Positions 12,274 to 23,900 of a stretch of 64,000 nucleotides of DNA are shown here, piece by piece (positions within the stretch are counted from its first letter, which is position 1; each line of letters starts with the position of its first letter). The notes under the pieces were generated by a model, which worked only from the letters and a program-made list of their open reading frames with translations, was not told the origin of the DNA and did not search any database. The stretch comes from Camelus dromedarius (taxonomy: Eukaryota). Location of the stretch: NCBI RefSeq assembly GCF_036321535.1, contig NC_087436.1, positions 24,926,001 to 24,990,000 of the forward strand, written 5' to 3'. The position numbers were made by a program, and so were the translations under genes.

Positions 12274-13415
12274 CCTAAATTGCTTCATTTATTTACCTTC
12301 AGCTTCCAGAGGATACTCTGATAGGAAATACCACAGGCATTACATGTCCGACTTGTTCCTGGGCTGCAGAGTGTACTCTTCCTTCCCTGCCTTCTGTCCT
12401 GGTTTGACAGTGTAAACCTTTTGGTTTCCTGTTTAGGTGTCCTTTCCCACTTCACAGTTGATTTTTGGGAAGGGAAATCAATATTTGCCCACCAGTCATT
12501 CCTTTTTGGGCCTGTTGCAAAAGAAGAAAGGGACTGACAAATATTTTAAGCACCTGCCGCAGCCTTTATAAAGCTGCAAATCTCTTAGGTCAGCAGAGAA
12601 TCTATGATGACTACTAACGTGTACAAATACCGTTTGAAAAGGCATTGCAAACATTCTTACCTAAGGCAGGCCTCTTTATTCCCTCACTGAAGCTGCTAAC
12701 ACAAAGACCACTGGGGCAGGCCTTCAAAGGGGGCAATTCTCTGCAGAAAGAGCTCGGTGGGGATTTGCAACAAAGGACTTCTCAAGATCAATAGCAGCCT
12801 GCTGACATGAGGGTGGGTTGGGGGATTGAAAATAAGACAACATTAAGACTCACTAGCAGTAGTGGAGGGATCCCGTGGGGCCTGTAATGAGGTCCTGTGG
12901 AAGGAGAAGAATAAACCAGCAGTTTTCTGGAGATTAGGATAGGATGCTGTTAAAGTTGATGGACTGAAGTGGGGTTTCTTGGATTCTTGAAAATAATTAT
13001 GATTTTCCCCCCATAGATCTCAGTAAACAAACAAAATGTCCACTGCAACATGAAATATTATTACAAAGTTTTAAAAGAATTAAGTCGACTAGCTGTTTTT
13101 CTATACTCAAGTAAATATAGTTCCTTAAATTCAGCTGTCTTTGTAAGTTCCTAGTTCAATGAATATCATTTACATATGCAGACCCAGACACTGACCTGTC
13201 TAGCAAACAGAATTGACAATATAAGTTGTACTTATTTAAGACTGGTTTTCATGATGCTTATCAGGTCAGTGTGACAACATTCTCCATTATCAATCTGGAA
13301 AAGAATTTAAACTATTAAATTCTTCAAGACTACTTGGAAAACCAAAAATAGGACCCAAGACACAGTATCTTGGTATAGGAATGTAGATGATGACAGATTT
13401 ACTGTAGAAAACTTT

Positions 13416-13530
13416 AGGACATCAACATATGGTCACACACATTGTACACTGTACAACTCCAGAGGGCGACACATGGCCTCCATGAATGTCATTCCACAGT
13501 TATAAAATGCAACAGCTGCAAATACTGTTA
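13416..13530. mobile_element. Short palindromic hAT-Tip100 element (MER91-like), decayed
   Basis: ttgtacactgtacaactccagagggcgacac...tgaatgtcattccacagttataaaatgcaacagctgca resembles the MER91 palindrome. Confidence 0.5.
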
Positions 13531-13837
13531 GGTTTCCAATATACTCCTCATGAACTTCAGTCTTACTCATTTTTGGTAATATTTAAAATTTTCTAATTAG
13601 CCTACAGCCATGAAAAGTTTATAGAGTAGCTCCCAAAATACCCTTTACATATCCTGCCATTTGATGTGTGAAAGGACTCTGACAAAGTTAAAAGCTAGTG
13701 CTATTTTTAATGGGAGAATGTGCTAGAATGCTGCTTTGGAACCCCTTTCTCAGAATTGTCAGTTGGCATTTATAGAAATAGACAAGTTCAAATGGCATTT
13801 ATAAGAAAACTTTTCACCAGTGTTACTCACTGTCATA

Positions 13838-14052
13838 TGTGGGTTGTGGGTGTAGGCCCTGAAGTCCACAGCTGAGACGGAATCCTTCCTCTTTCACTAC
13901 TGAGTTCTTTGGGCTTCTTAACCTGCCTCATTCGAAGCATGGCGATGATCATAGGATCTGCAGACTTCATACGGTTGCTATGAAGATGGTATGAACCAAT
14001 GCATACAGACCACTAAGAATAACATCTGGCATGGAGTCTAAATAAACGTTAG
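13838..14052 (+). mobile_element. MIR SINE
   Basis: ttcttaacctgcctcattcgaagcatgg...ttcatacggttgctatgaagat...tctggcatggagtctaaataaacgttag. Confidence 0.7.
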
Positions 14053-14367
14053 GGACCTAATGTTCTCCGTCGTGTATTAACCTCTTCCTAATTCTTCTGG
14101 AAAGTGTTGAAGCTAGCCAAGTTCACATTTAGCAATACTGTGGAAATACAAGAGGAGGAAAGGATCATTTTAAGCTGCATATTTGCATTTACAAGTAGGT
14201 GATGCTATGAGGGAAAACAGTAGCTCTTCCTCTGTTCAGCCCTCTACCTCTGGAATCCAACTTAGAAAGGACTGGGATAAATATCATTGAAAGGAGTTTG
14301 GGCATTTGTTGGGCCAGTTGTTAAAACTGTGTCTCTCTTGTTTCCTCGATAACAAGGTGAGTGGGGC

Positions 14368-14772
14368 TGTGACAGCCATTAGTGCTGCCCACCAAATCCC
14401 AGACGATCTGGTTCCCCTTAGCACGTGGAGGAGTCATACTTCCCTGGCCATATCCACGTTGAGGGATCCATGGGCTTGCTTTGGCTAATGAAGTGTAAGA
14501 GAGAGTGATATTTGTGACTTTTAGGAAGAATCTTTAATGCTGGATGCTTGATGAATCCTTGCTCCCTCCTACTTTTGTGATTTTTAAGCATGAGCTCAGA
14601 TGGAGTAGCCAGTGGCTGGGATCCCTGAGAGGCTGTAAGGAGTGCAGGCCCCAGCTGGCCTGTGATGGACACACAGCACGAGCCAGATGCAAAGCCTTGT
14701 GGTCTCAAGTCACTGAGGTTTCAGAGGTTGCTTGCTATTGTTGCACTATAACTTGTTTACCCTGATTTATTT
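14368..14772 (+). mobile_element. MaLR solo LTR (MLT1I/J-like)
   Basis: Starts TGTGACAGCC; contains cttgctttggctaatgaagtgtaagagagagtga; ends aagtcactgaggtttcagaggttgcttgctattg...cctgatttat. Confidence 0.8.
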
Positions 14773-15939
14773 CAAGGAGCCCTGTAAGGGCATTCCACAG
14801 TCCTGGTTCTGAGAGGCACTCTAAGAGGGACCGACGATGTTCTGTTGATGGTCAATGTGTGGCCTTCTTGGCATAAATTCACTTTCTGATTCTTTTATCA
14901 TAAATATTGATATTATATAATACATTAACTAGGTTATATGTTTTGAGAATTTAATAATAAATAATACACATTACTTATTGAAATGTCAATCATTCATTAG
15001 CTTAAAAATAAGCACGTGACCTTTAACAAAGGAATCTTGGCTAGTTGGGTCTAATGTCATTGAAGAGGAACTGAGGTAGAATATGTTTCTCTATCTGACC
15101 CTCAATTCCACTTATTTTTAAAGAACCCTGGGTAAAATTTATCTGATTGAGGACAAAGACTGCAATGTTACTGGCTAATTTTCTTAAGAAAAAATAGAAG
15201 AATGTTAGAATCCACACACACAGATTCTTTCCTACAGAATGGTATTGGACCAGCAATCAAATGTGAAATTATTATTGATTTTTACCTGTTATTTATGGTG
15301 TTGTGAGAAGGTGACGTTCATGGAAGGCAGCAATGATGGCTGTATTTTGAACTATTTAACCTGCTTTAAAGAGAATATGAAAGTATCTCAGAGAGCCTTT
15401 GAAAACTAGGAAGTGAAAAATATGACTGCTAAGAGACTACTGGGATTAATTCATGAGTTTAGACAATGAGTTTAAAATAATGCAGATGTTCAGTTATTTC
15501 TAGGATGGAAAACTTGTATTTTACATACTTTGAAAATAAAGCTGATTGCAAGATGCAAATAGACAAAATCATAAATTCATAACCAATAATTTTTCTGCTA
15601 AAATAAATTTGATTAGGAAAATCAACATAAATGTGAGAAATTAATAACCAAACCAAAAATACAAAAAAGAAGGTGAGCTATTGATTTATTGGAAATTAAA
15701 ATCTGTATTCCATAGGAAATTTTAAATTCATATAGTCATTGATCATATCCACTTCTATGTTTTTAATAGGAATTTGTTCTCAGAAGCTAATGTTGGTTTA
15801 AAAATTAGTTTTGATTTTCCTGTCACCTTAGTGGTAGGTGATAGATATAATCAAGGGTTAGATGAAATTTGCTCTCACCAAGATAGGCAGTTTTACTGTC
15901 ACCAGGGTAAAAATGATACTAGCCTGTCTATTCAGTAAC

Positions 15940-16090
15940 CCACACTGAGTGTTTATGTGTCCCTGCATAATGGTATGGTCTTTTAATGAGTTATTTCAAT
16001 TAATCATCCTTCTTCACTTTAGAGATAAGGAAACTGAGCCTCAGAGAGGTTAAGGGAACCACAAAGGGCACTGATGCAGAATGGCTTTTG
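15940..16090 (-). mobile_element. MIR fragment
   Basis: cactttagagataaggaaactgagcctcagagaggttaag. Confidence 0.8.
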
Positions 16091-17014
16091 TGTATGTATG
16101 GCCTTTTGAGGGGTTTCCCTAGCCGACCTGCATGATTAAGTGTGGCTACGGAGAAAAAGAGAGAAATGGCGCCAATCATCCCTGGACTCTGGGTAGGAGA
16201 CAAACGTATTGGGTTTTCCTTACCTTTTGCATGAAACAGTCTTACGGCAGATAATGTGTTAATGGCTCCTTTGGACCTCTCTGAGAGGCTCTGACCCCTG
16301 CCTTTCCCATCCCAGAGAGGGCAATACCTGGAGTGTTTTGTCACAGGACAGCTTTGCAATGCAAAGTTCTATTAATTCTGTTAATTGCTATTATGGTAGC
16401 ACAGCATGTGTGCCTAAACTTGGTACAGAGACTTCTTTAAATTCAGTTTCCATATAAACCACTCTTTTATTACATTATACTTTCTCTCTTCTAAATCACC
16501 TTTCATTCATTACATCTGGACTTTGTTATTTCAGGAGGCAAAGATTCAAGCTGTTGTGTAGTGAAGCTGTGTGCCAGACAGCAGTTCCCTTTCAGCAGGG
16601 TTGTCTCTTGTATGGTCGTTTGTTCAATCACTTGAATATTTGATTGCATGTTTTGATTACTTAAAAAATGATTTGAAAATTGATACTTGAAAATGTTAAA
16701 CATGATGATAACAAAGCAGAGAAGAAAATTCCTTGATATGCTGAAAGTGACAGATCTTCAGTTCTGATACTCATTGGCCTTAAGATGGCTTCTGTGTCAA
16801 CTCAGAGAAGACAAAAAGAAAGAATATATATTTCATAAATATAATCATTCTACTTTTAAAGAAGCTATGTTTTTGGTGTCTATGAAAATATGCCATGATC
16901 TAAATAGCTTTTGACATTTTTCCTGGAATAAATGTTGAGTGTAATGGCTGATCTTGATTATTTACAGATATCAAATATAGCTACATAAATACATTTGTTT
17001 ACTTTCAGTTTTCT

Positions 17015-17145
17015 CCAATGAGAAAATAAGTTCTTTAGGGGTAGAAATGCTGTCTTACTCATATTGGTATCCACAGCACACATAACAGATATCACCACAG
17101 GGGGTTTAGGAAACATTTGTGGAACACGAGTAAAGAATTAATGAT
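17015..17145 (+). mobile_element. L2 3' terminus
   Basis: taagttctttaggggtagaaatgctgtcttactcatattggtatccacagcacacataacag. Confidence 0.65.
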
Positions 17146-17489
17146 TTACATAGTCACACCTGTTACATGTGCCTTTGAATACACCCATATTGCCTTATGT
17201 TTATTTAGAAAAATGTTATCCTTCAGCCTTAAAATGATCTTTGCTTATTTTGCTCATTTTTCTACTCTGTGCTTTCAGGCTCAATTATAGTTATTAGGAA
17301 TTTATTGAACTTAAAAAATGCATTTTGCGTTTGATGGCTGTGGTATACTGTCTTTAAATCCCCCTTTTCCTGCAGTCTATCATAGAATTTTATAAAATTC
17401 ACCCTGGTGTATGTATGTGTGTGTTTTAAACAATTCTCTGAGGTTTAGGTTCTAAATCTCTTTCAGAGTATTGTTAATATCTGACAGCT

Positions 17490-17700
17490 TCAACGAAGAG
17501 TTTCCTGGGTGAGTGCGGAGAGCACCCCGTCAGCTGGCTTTTGATTTTCAATAAAATCCAAGTTCTTGCGCTTAGTTTTCTTCCTGTCCAAGGGCTGGTG
17601 GGCGAGGGTAATTTCAGCGGTCATTGCCGCCTGGCAGCTTCAGCCGCGCTGCATCCTTGAGCGACAGTGCAAAAACGAGGTTTTATCAGCGTCTCCAAGT
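17490..17700. promoter_or_regulatory. Locally CpG-rich unique sequence; candidate enhancer or alternative promoter
   Basis: About 12 CpGs in roughly 205 bp against a strongly CpG-depleted background; no repeat similarity seen. Confidence 0.4.
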
Positions 17701-19261
17701 TCTTTACCACTCTGGTTTCTCAGGAGTATTCTGTTCTGTAGAAGAGCAGAAAATTTAAAAAGCACACCAAAACAGGTCTCTCCATATCTATGCAGATGGA
17801 GAAAGGTTATACAGACCGCATTTAAAAAGAACAATACAGCCCACACATTGAAATCTCATTGGCTTTCTATTAATTTGCCTTGTAACTGGAGAGCAGCTTG
17901 AAGAAAAATATGAAAATCATATTCTCGGAGTCAAACCAGGGAGTTCAGAGTTTCCAAAGTTGCTTCTTTGGCCCCATGAATCATTTTTGAGATTATATAG
18001 CATTGAATTGGCCACTGGAAATTGCTGGAATCAGATGAGGAAATCTTCTATGTCAAAGAATCATAGATCCTGAAGTTCAGCTTGACTTTTTTTTCTTTCT
18101 TTCACTTTAACTCCCTTTATGTAACAGAATTCTTTTTCATGTAAAACTACAGGAGTCTTAATGCACCCTCCCTGGACCATCCATCTCTCTCTCTTCCCTG
18201 CATCTCATTTTATCCCTGTTTCTCTTTTCTTTCTTCCCTTTTCCATTCAGGGCAGTTCATGTAGGGCAGCTATTTTGCTGGAAGCATCCTTGCATTGTCT
18301 ATTTTGTTTTAACATTCAAATGCTCCACTTGAATTCCTGTCTCTTTAGACATCACGTAAGAATGGTAAGCAGTGGAGTTTTAAGGTACAGTCATTTCCTT
18401 TCTTGGCTTTCTACTCCTTGTCTCTAGCAACCCTGTAAAATAGCTCATTGCTTTGCATTTCTCAAGCATTCAAGTGTTTATAGAATCAAATGATCCTGAT
18501 CTCTCGCTTCCTCTTTCTAAGCAGAAGATGATAGCTGTATATGGCACGGTTCCCAGGGAAGCTGCCTGAAAAGTGGCAGACAGCGGATGCCAGGGTCTGC
18601 AAAATAGCCATAGGTATGTGCTTTTAGAGGAGTTGTCCCATCAACTCAACTGCCACATTTAATGGTATAAAGAGCGTTCAACTTCATTTTCTAAGAGAAG
18701 AGAAACTGGAAAGATGTGTTTGAAAATGTCCCTTTTGAAATTCAGCATAACAGCTCAATAGTGGTTCCATCACCAAGAAAAAAAAAAAAAGTAATGCCAA
18801 ATGAATTAAACAGCCAGGGCCAAATGGGAGGAGAGGGCTACTGTAGTGGGATGATTGTGGAGAAACACAGCCAAATAGGGATAGTAATTAGTAGTTTATT
18901 TTTCTGTACACATGGACCCGCAAAAACAAGCCCGTAAGGAGTAGTGTTGTGGCAAGAAAAACTAGATAATATCCACAAGAACCCTTCTAGCAATGGATTT
19001 GTATTTCTTTAGGTTACAAGCTTCTGTTAGCTATATCTTCTCTGGGATTCCTGGATGGGAAAATAACAATGACTATAATTGGATGTGAAAAGGGTCAGTT
19101 AAAACTCTGAATGACTGGGGTGCAGTGACTAGACAGGCCCTTGGACTGGATTCAGCCTTGGAGGTTATAGGTGGTGATGACATAGACGCAGGAAGTGTGG
19201 AATTGGGTCCTGCTGTTGGGGAGGGAAAATCAGGAGGTAGGCATGGACAAAATCCAGGTAT

Positions 19262-19465
19262 TCATGATAGTAATTACATGCCAGGCACAGTTCTAAGTGC
19301 CTTACATGATTTATCTCATTAATCCTCATACAACTCTGGAATCTGAATATTGTCTCCACTTTACAGATGAAGAAACTGAGGCATGGAGAGTTTAACCTGC
19401 CTGAGGTCACACAGGAAATGAGTGCCAGGGCCACGGTTTGAAATTGTGCTCTTAATTCCTATCCT
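19262..19465 (-). mobile_element. MIR SINE
   Basis: atgccaggcacagttctaagtgcc...tctcatttaatcctcatacaac...tttacagatgaagaaactgaggcatggagag. Confidence 0.9.
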
Positions 19466-19769
19466 GTCCTTCAAGCAGGTAAATAGCTTCAGGGAGACCT
19501 AGTCTAGAGTCTAGAGAGCGACTATCTCAGAGCAAGAGTGAGGTCAGCTAAGGCCCTTTGGAGGCAAGTACCTGCCTACAGTTTAAACACATTAATTGAC
19601 TTAATATCTACAAGTTGAGAGTTACTGTGGTCATCAGAGCTGAGTCCTGATCATTTTCTTGTGATTCTTGGACTTTACCCTCTTCTGAATGATGACTGGT
19701 AGAGAAGTGTCTACAGCAATTATTGATTTTCTATCAGCTTAGAACACTAGCCGGAAGAAAAGAAACAGC

Positions 19770-19990
19770 TGTTCTCTGGTGCTGTCCCAGAGGAACAAGG
19801 AAGAACTTCTCAGGTACTTAGAGCAAACCTCTGTCTGCCTCTCAGGACTCTGAACACAGTCACATCCCCAGTGCTAGTCTAGTCACTAACTAGGGGCATG
19901 GGATTGCGTGTGGACTGTCAGGAGCTGGCGGGGCTAACCCTTCCCGAGCCGCATGAAGTTGGGAGGATAATTGGATACCTAACTAAAGCT
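19770..19990 (-). mobile_element. Possible MLT1K/L LTR fragment
   Basis: gtcacatccccagtgctagtctagtcactaactaggggcatgggatt resembles an MLT1 block. Confidence 0.4.
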
Positions 19991-20854
19991 GCAGATCTCT
20001 GAGGGAAAGGAAGAGAAGCAGGAGCTGGGCGGCCACCCACAATGGCTACTCCAGAGAGGCTGTAGGTTGGTCTTGGAGCTGTGGATATTATCACATAAAT
20101 CCAGGGGCCCACTTTCTAGGACTGGTAAATCTGGATAGAGCTGGATTCAAAGTTAAGTTACTTGGTTTGATAGATTGTTCTAGAATGGAGCTATAAACAA
20201 GGCAACTTAGATGCTGTGCCATTTACCTACCAGCCTAGGATTTCTTATCTCTTCTCCTAGGGAGAACTGGTTTGAGGCAGTGGCCTTGGTGAAGCCCAGG
20301 CGGAAGGTCAAGTGGGCCTTTTTAGGACTGGTAGAGCCAAGTTGATCATTATAAAATGAGGCTGAATATTAGACATGTCAAGTGGGCAGGCCTGGCCTAC
20401 ATTGGATACCACATAGAGTGCTCTTTTCTATTCACTATATTTCTCACAATTTATTTTTATCATTGGTTCTGTAGGCTTTATTTACAAAGGGAAGTTCTAT
20501 TGATTGAATTATATTTTTTAAGGTTTTTCCAAAACACAACTGTGAAGTTAGTAAAATGTTTCTTTGGTCCCCAGTGCTGTGCTTCGGGCAGTAGCAGCAA
20601 ATTACAGGGTCCATACTGCCACTCCTGCCTCCGTTGTCCATGCAGACATTGGTCATTCGTCATGATCTTTCCTGCTGAGCGTGGTTGCAGCTAGAAATTA
20701 GTATCTATTCAGTGTTCAAGGCAGCCAAGAGCTGGCACAAGAAGTGGAAATTACTTTGCATCCTTAGGGAACTCTGTCTCTGAGAGGCAGTGTGGGAGAT
20801 CGGAGGAACATTCTAGAACAATATATCAAATCATGTAACTGTGCTTTGAAACAG

Positions 20855-21056
20855 CCATATTCAGAGTCAGACAGGCTTGGGTTTGAATCCAGGCTTTGCC
20901 ACTAAATAACTTGGCAAATTAACTTACTTCCCTGAGCCTATTTCCTCTTTGTAAAGTGAGAATAATGATACCAATTTCCTAGGCTACTGGTGACATTACA
21001 TGAGGTGGAATATGTACTATTCTTACCAGAATGTGTGGCTTTCTAAATGTTAGTTC
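20855..21056 (+). mobile_element. MIR SINE
   Basis: gagtcagacaggcttgggtttgaatccaggctttgccact...cttccctgagcctatttcctctttgtaaagtg. Confidence 0.9.
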
Positions 21057-21489
21057 ATGCTGCCTTTCTATCAAAACCTAGACAAAGGAGACAATATGAT
21101 AAACTTATACTCTTCATATCATGCAAACATATTAACATTTTAACAGGAAAATCCCTTCATGAAGGGAATTGTTATAGTGTTTTATATGTTATGTTTAGGG
21201 GTCAAAAGTTTTGAGCTGAGATTTCATTTGCTCAAACTACTCAGACCATCATTGCTTCCACCTAAAAGACACAGCTTGATTTTAGTTTCTGAAATGTCGA
21301 ACTTGGCAGAGACTAGTGTTTCACGGTATTACAAAGAGGGGAGAATCCATAATCTTTGCCCTTGAGGAAGTCAAACCAGAGGAACACAGTGACAAATAAA
21401 CATACCATAGAATACAAATAACTAAAGCCTGGAAATATACGCACATATGCTAAATTATAGCTTCATAAATGTATTCACTTCTAAAATAT

Positions 21490-22740
21490 CTCCATAGGCA
21501 GACAGATGAATGGAACAGAATAGAATCTTAAGTAGGTCCAAATACTTCAGGGAATCTGGTGTAGGATGAGGATGGCATTTTAAATCAGTGAAGAAAGAAA
21601 GATTATTTAATAAGTGGTATTGAGACAACACTTTAGCCATTTCTCTTTCTTTAAAGAGAAAATGTGGAACTATAAAAGTTTTATAAGGCATCATGGAAAA
21701 GTTTCAGTGATCTTGGAGTAGTAAGACCTTCTCAAAGTAAGAAGCAACCTAAGTAGACATTTAAAAACAGAAATGATAGAGGTAAATTTTGCTATAAAAC
21801 ACTAAAACTTGTCTGTGGAAAAATATGGTAATTAAATACAAAAGACAAAACTGTAAAAAACAAAAATCTGTATGTGTACAATTGTGTTCGAAAGAGGTTG
21901 TACAAGTTTTTTACCATACCTGCACTGTATATGCACATATATCCTCAAAAAATATATATATGTACATGCATATAAATATATAGGGTTCTTATACATCAAT
22001 GAGAAAACTACAAACATCTCACAAAATAGCAAAAGATAGGAAAAAGGTGGTAGAGAAGTATTTTTTTAAGCATATGAAAAATCTTCAGTCTTATTCAAAT
22101 TAAATGCAAATTCAGATTATGAGACACTTTTTCACCTATCAGGTTGGTGATAGTTATAAAAATTGGAAATTCACCATGGACGATGGTGTGAGGATACAGG
22201 TATATGTACAGTGCAGGAATGGTAAAAATTAGTACAACCTCTTTGGAATGCAACCAGACAACATTATCAAAATTTAAAATGTGCAAATCTTGTAATTCCT
22301 ATTTCTAGGAATTTCTTCTCTGGTTTTATTTGCACATATGTGTAGAGAGGTCTGGAACAAAAACTGATCACTGCAGTATTATTTAGAACAGTAAAAAAAC
22401 AAAACAAAAACACAAATAGCCCACATATCCATCAACATGAGACTAAAACATTCTGAAGCAGTAATATAATAAATTGCTACATAGCCATTAAAAAGAGTGC
22501 ATCCACATGTGCTGATTTGGACAGATTTCAAGCTATTTTGTTAAGCTAAACAAAAAGAAGATAAGTGCTTAAAGTCTACAAACATGTACTTGAATGGAAA
22601 TGTTCTAGAAAAGCATACAAGAAACTGTTAACTGTTAACTTGAAAGTAACTGTGAAGGACTAGGGTGGGAAGGAAAATCACTTTTCTTTGGATACTTTAT
22701 TGTACTATTTGCAATTTCTGACCAAAAACATTATCTTCAT
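21490..22740 (+). mobile_element. Ancient L1ME-like ORF2 3' part and UTR
   Basis: atgaatggaacagaatagaa, ttatttaataagtggtattgagacaac, agtacaacctctttggaatgcaa, catagccattaaaaag. Confidence 0.8.
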
Positions 22741-23624
22741 GATAAATGGTTGTATTGATGGATACTCAAAGTAATAAGCAAACCAATTGCGTGGAAATTT
22801 TTCCCAACTAATTTCTTCTATCTGTACTTCACTTAACAAATCCCTCATATCGATGCATCAAAAAGAATGAATTCTTATTAGAGGATGAAAAATTGAAGCA
22901 TTTCTGAAAATTAGGAAGCAAATGGATTCAAAGAGATATATCAAATATACACTAGGAAGAGATTCCTGTGCAGGTTGGAGCCCTCGACAGTCTCTCAGCT
23001 CACAGTCAATAGAGGGCAAGAGCAAAGGGGCCATGGAACAAACAGCCTATGGCATCTGGGCTGGTTGCCTCTACCCCAAGACTTGCTTTTTCTAGAATGG
23101 TTCAGTAGAGTCATGTGCCCACAGCAGGTGAAGTCCCTGTGTCTGTTGGGTGGGTATGCATTAGGCAGAGTAGTAGCCTCAGTAGTTACCAAGACCAAGA
23201 GGTAGTTACCATTCATCTTCACAGAAAAGCATCTATAAATATGTCCCACAAAGTCCTATGTCTCACCATTCCTCCACAAAGCCTTGAGTAGGCTGGAATA
23301 GAAAAGGCCATAGAACTGGCATTCTTAAAAACAAGGGGGCTCAAATAGCAAAGTTCACCAAACATTTGATGATAAGCATCTCTGTAAAAGTGAGACACTA
23401 AATTCAATAGACACAAGAGCTAATAATCCAAAGAAGAAGAGTTAATATAGCAAACAGAAGACATTAAAGTAAGTATAATTAATCTCTTCAGAGATACGCA
23501 GTGGAATATTAAGAATACTGCAACCATGAACCATAAGGCATATTTAATTAAATATGTGTATTGAAATAAAGTCATGGTAAAATTTCCTCAGTATTATGAG
23601 TAGTTGATTTCTCCATTAATTCAC

Positions 23625-23900
23625 TAAGTACGTTGAATAGACTCTGTATCAGGTACTGCTAGATATTGCTAAGTCTCATATTGGCATACTTTTCAGTACT
23701 ACTTGGGAAGTACTTTTTCATTTCCTCCTCAAAATGTCCTTGTAAGGTGAGCAGGGCAGGGCAGCCTTTATTCTATCTCGTTTTACACAGCAGGAGATTG
23801 CAGCTTTGGGATAGAGTTAAATATTTTGTTTACAGTGGAACAATCAGTGACAAAGCTGAGATTCACATCCAGGATTTTTAATTTCATATACCCAGCATGT
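23625..23900 (-). mobile_element. MIR SINE, decayed
   Basis: ctcgttttacacagcaggagattgcagct...gctgagattcacatccagg. Confidence 0.6.
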
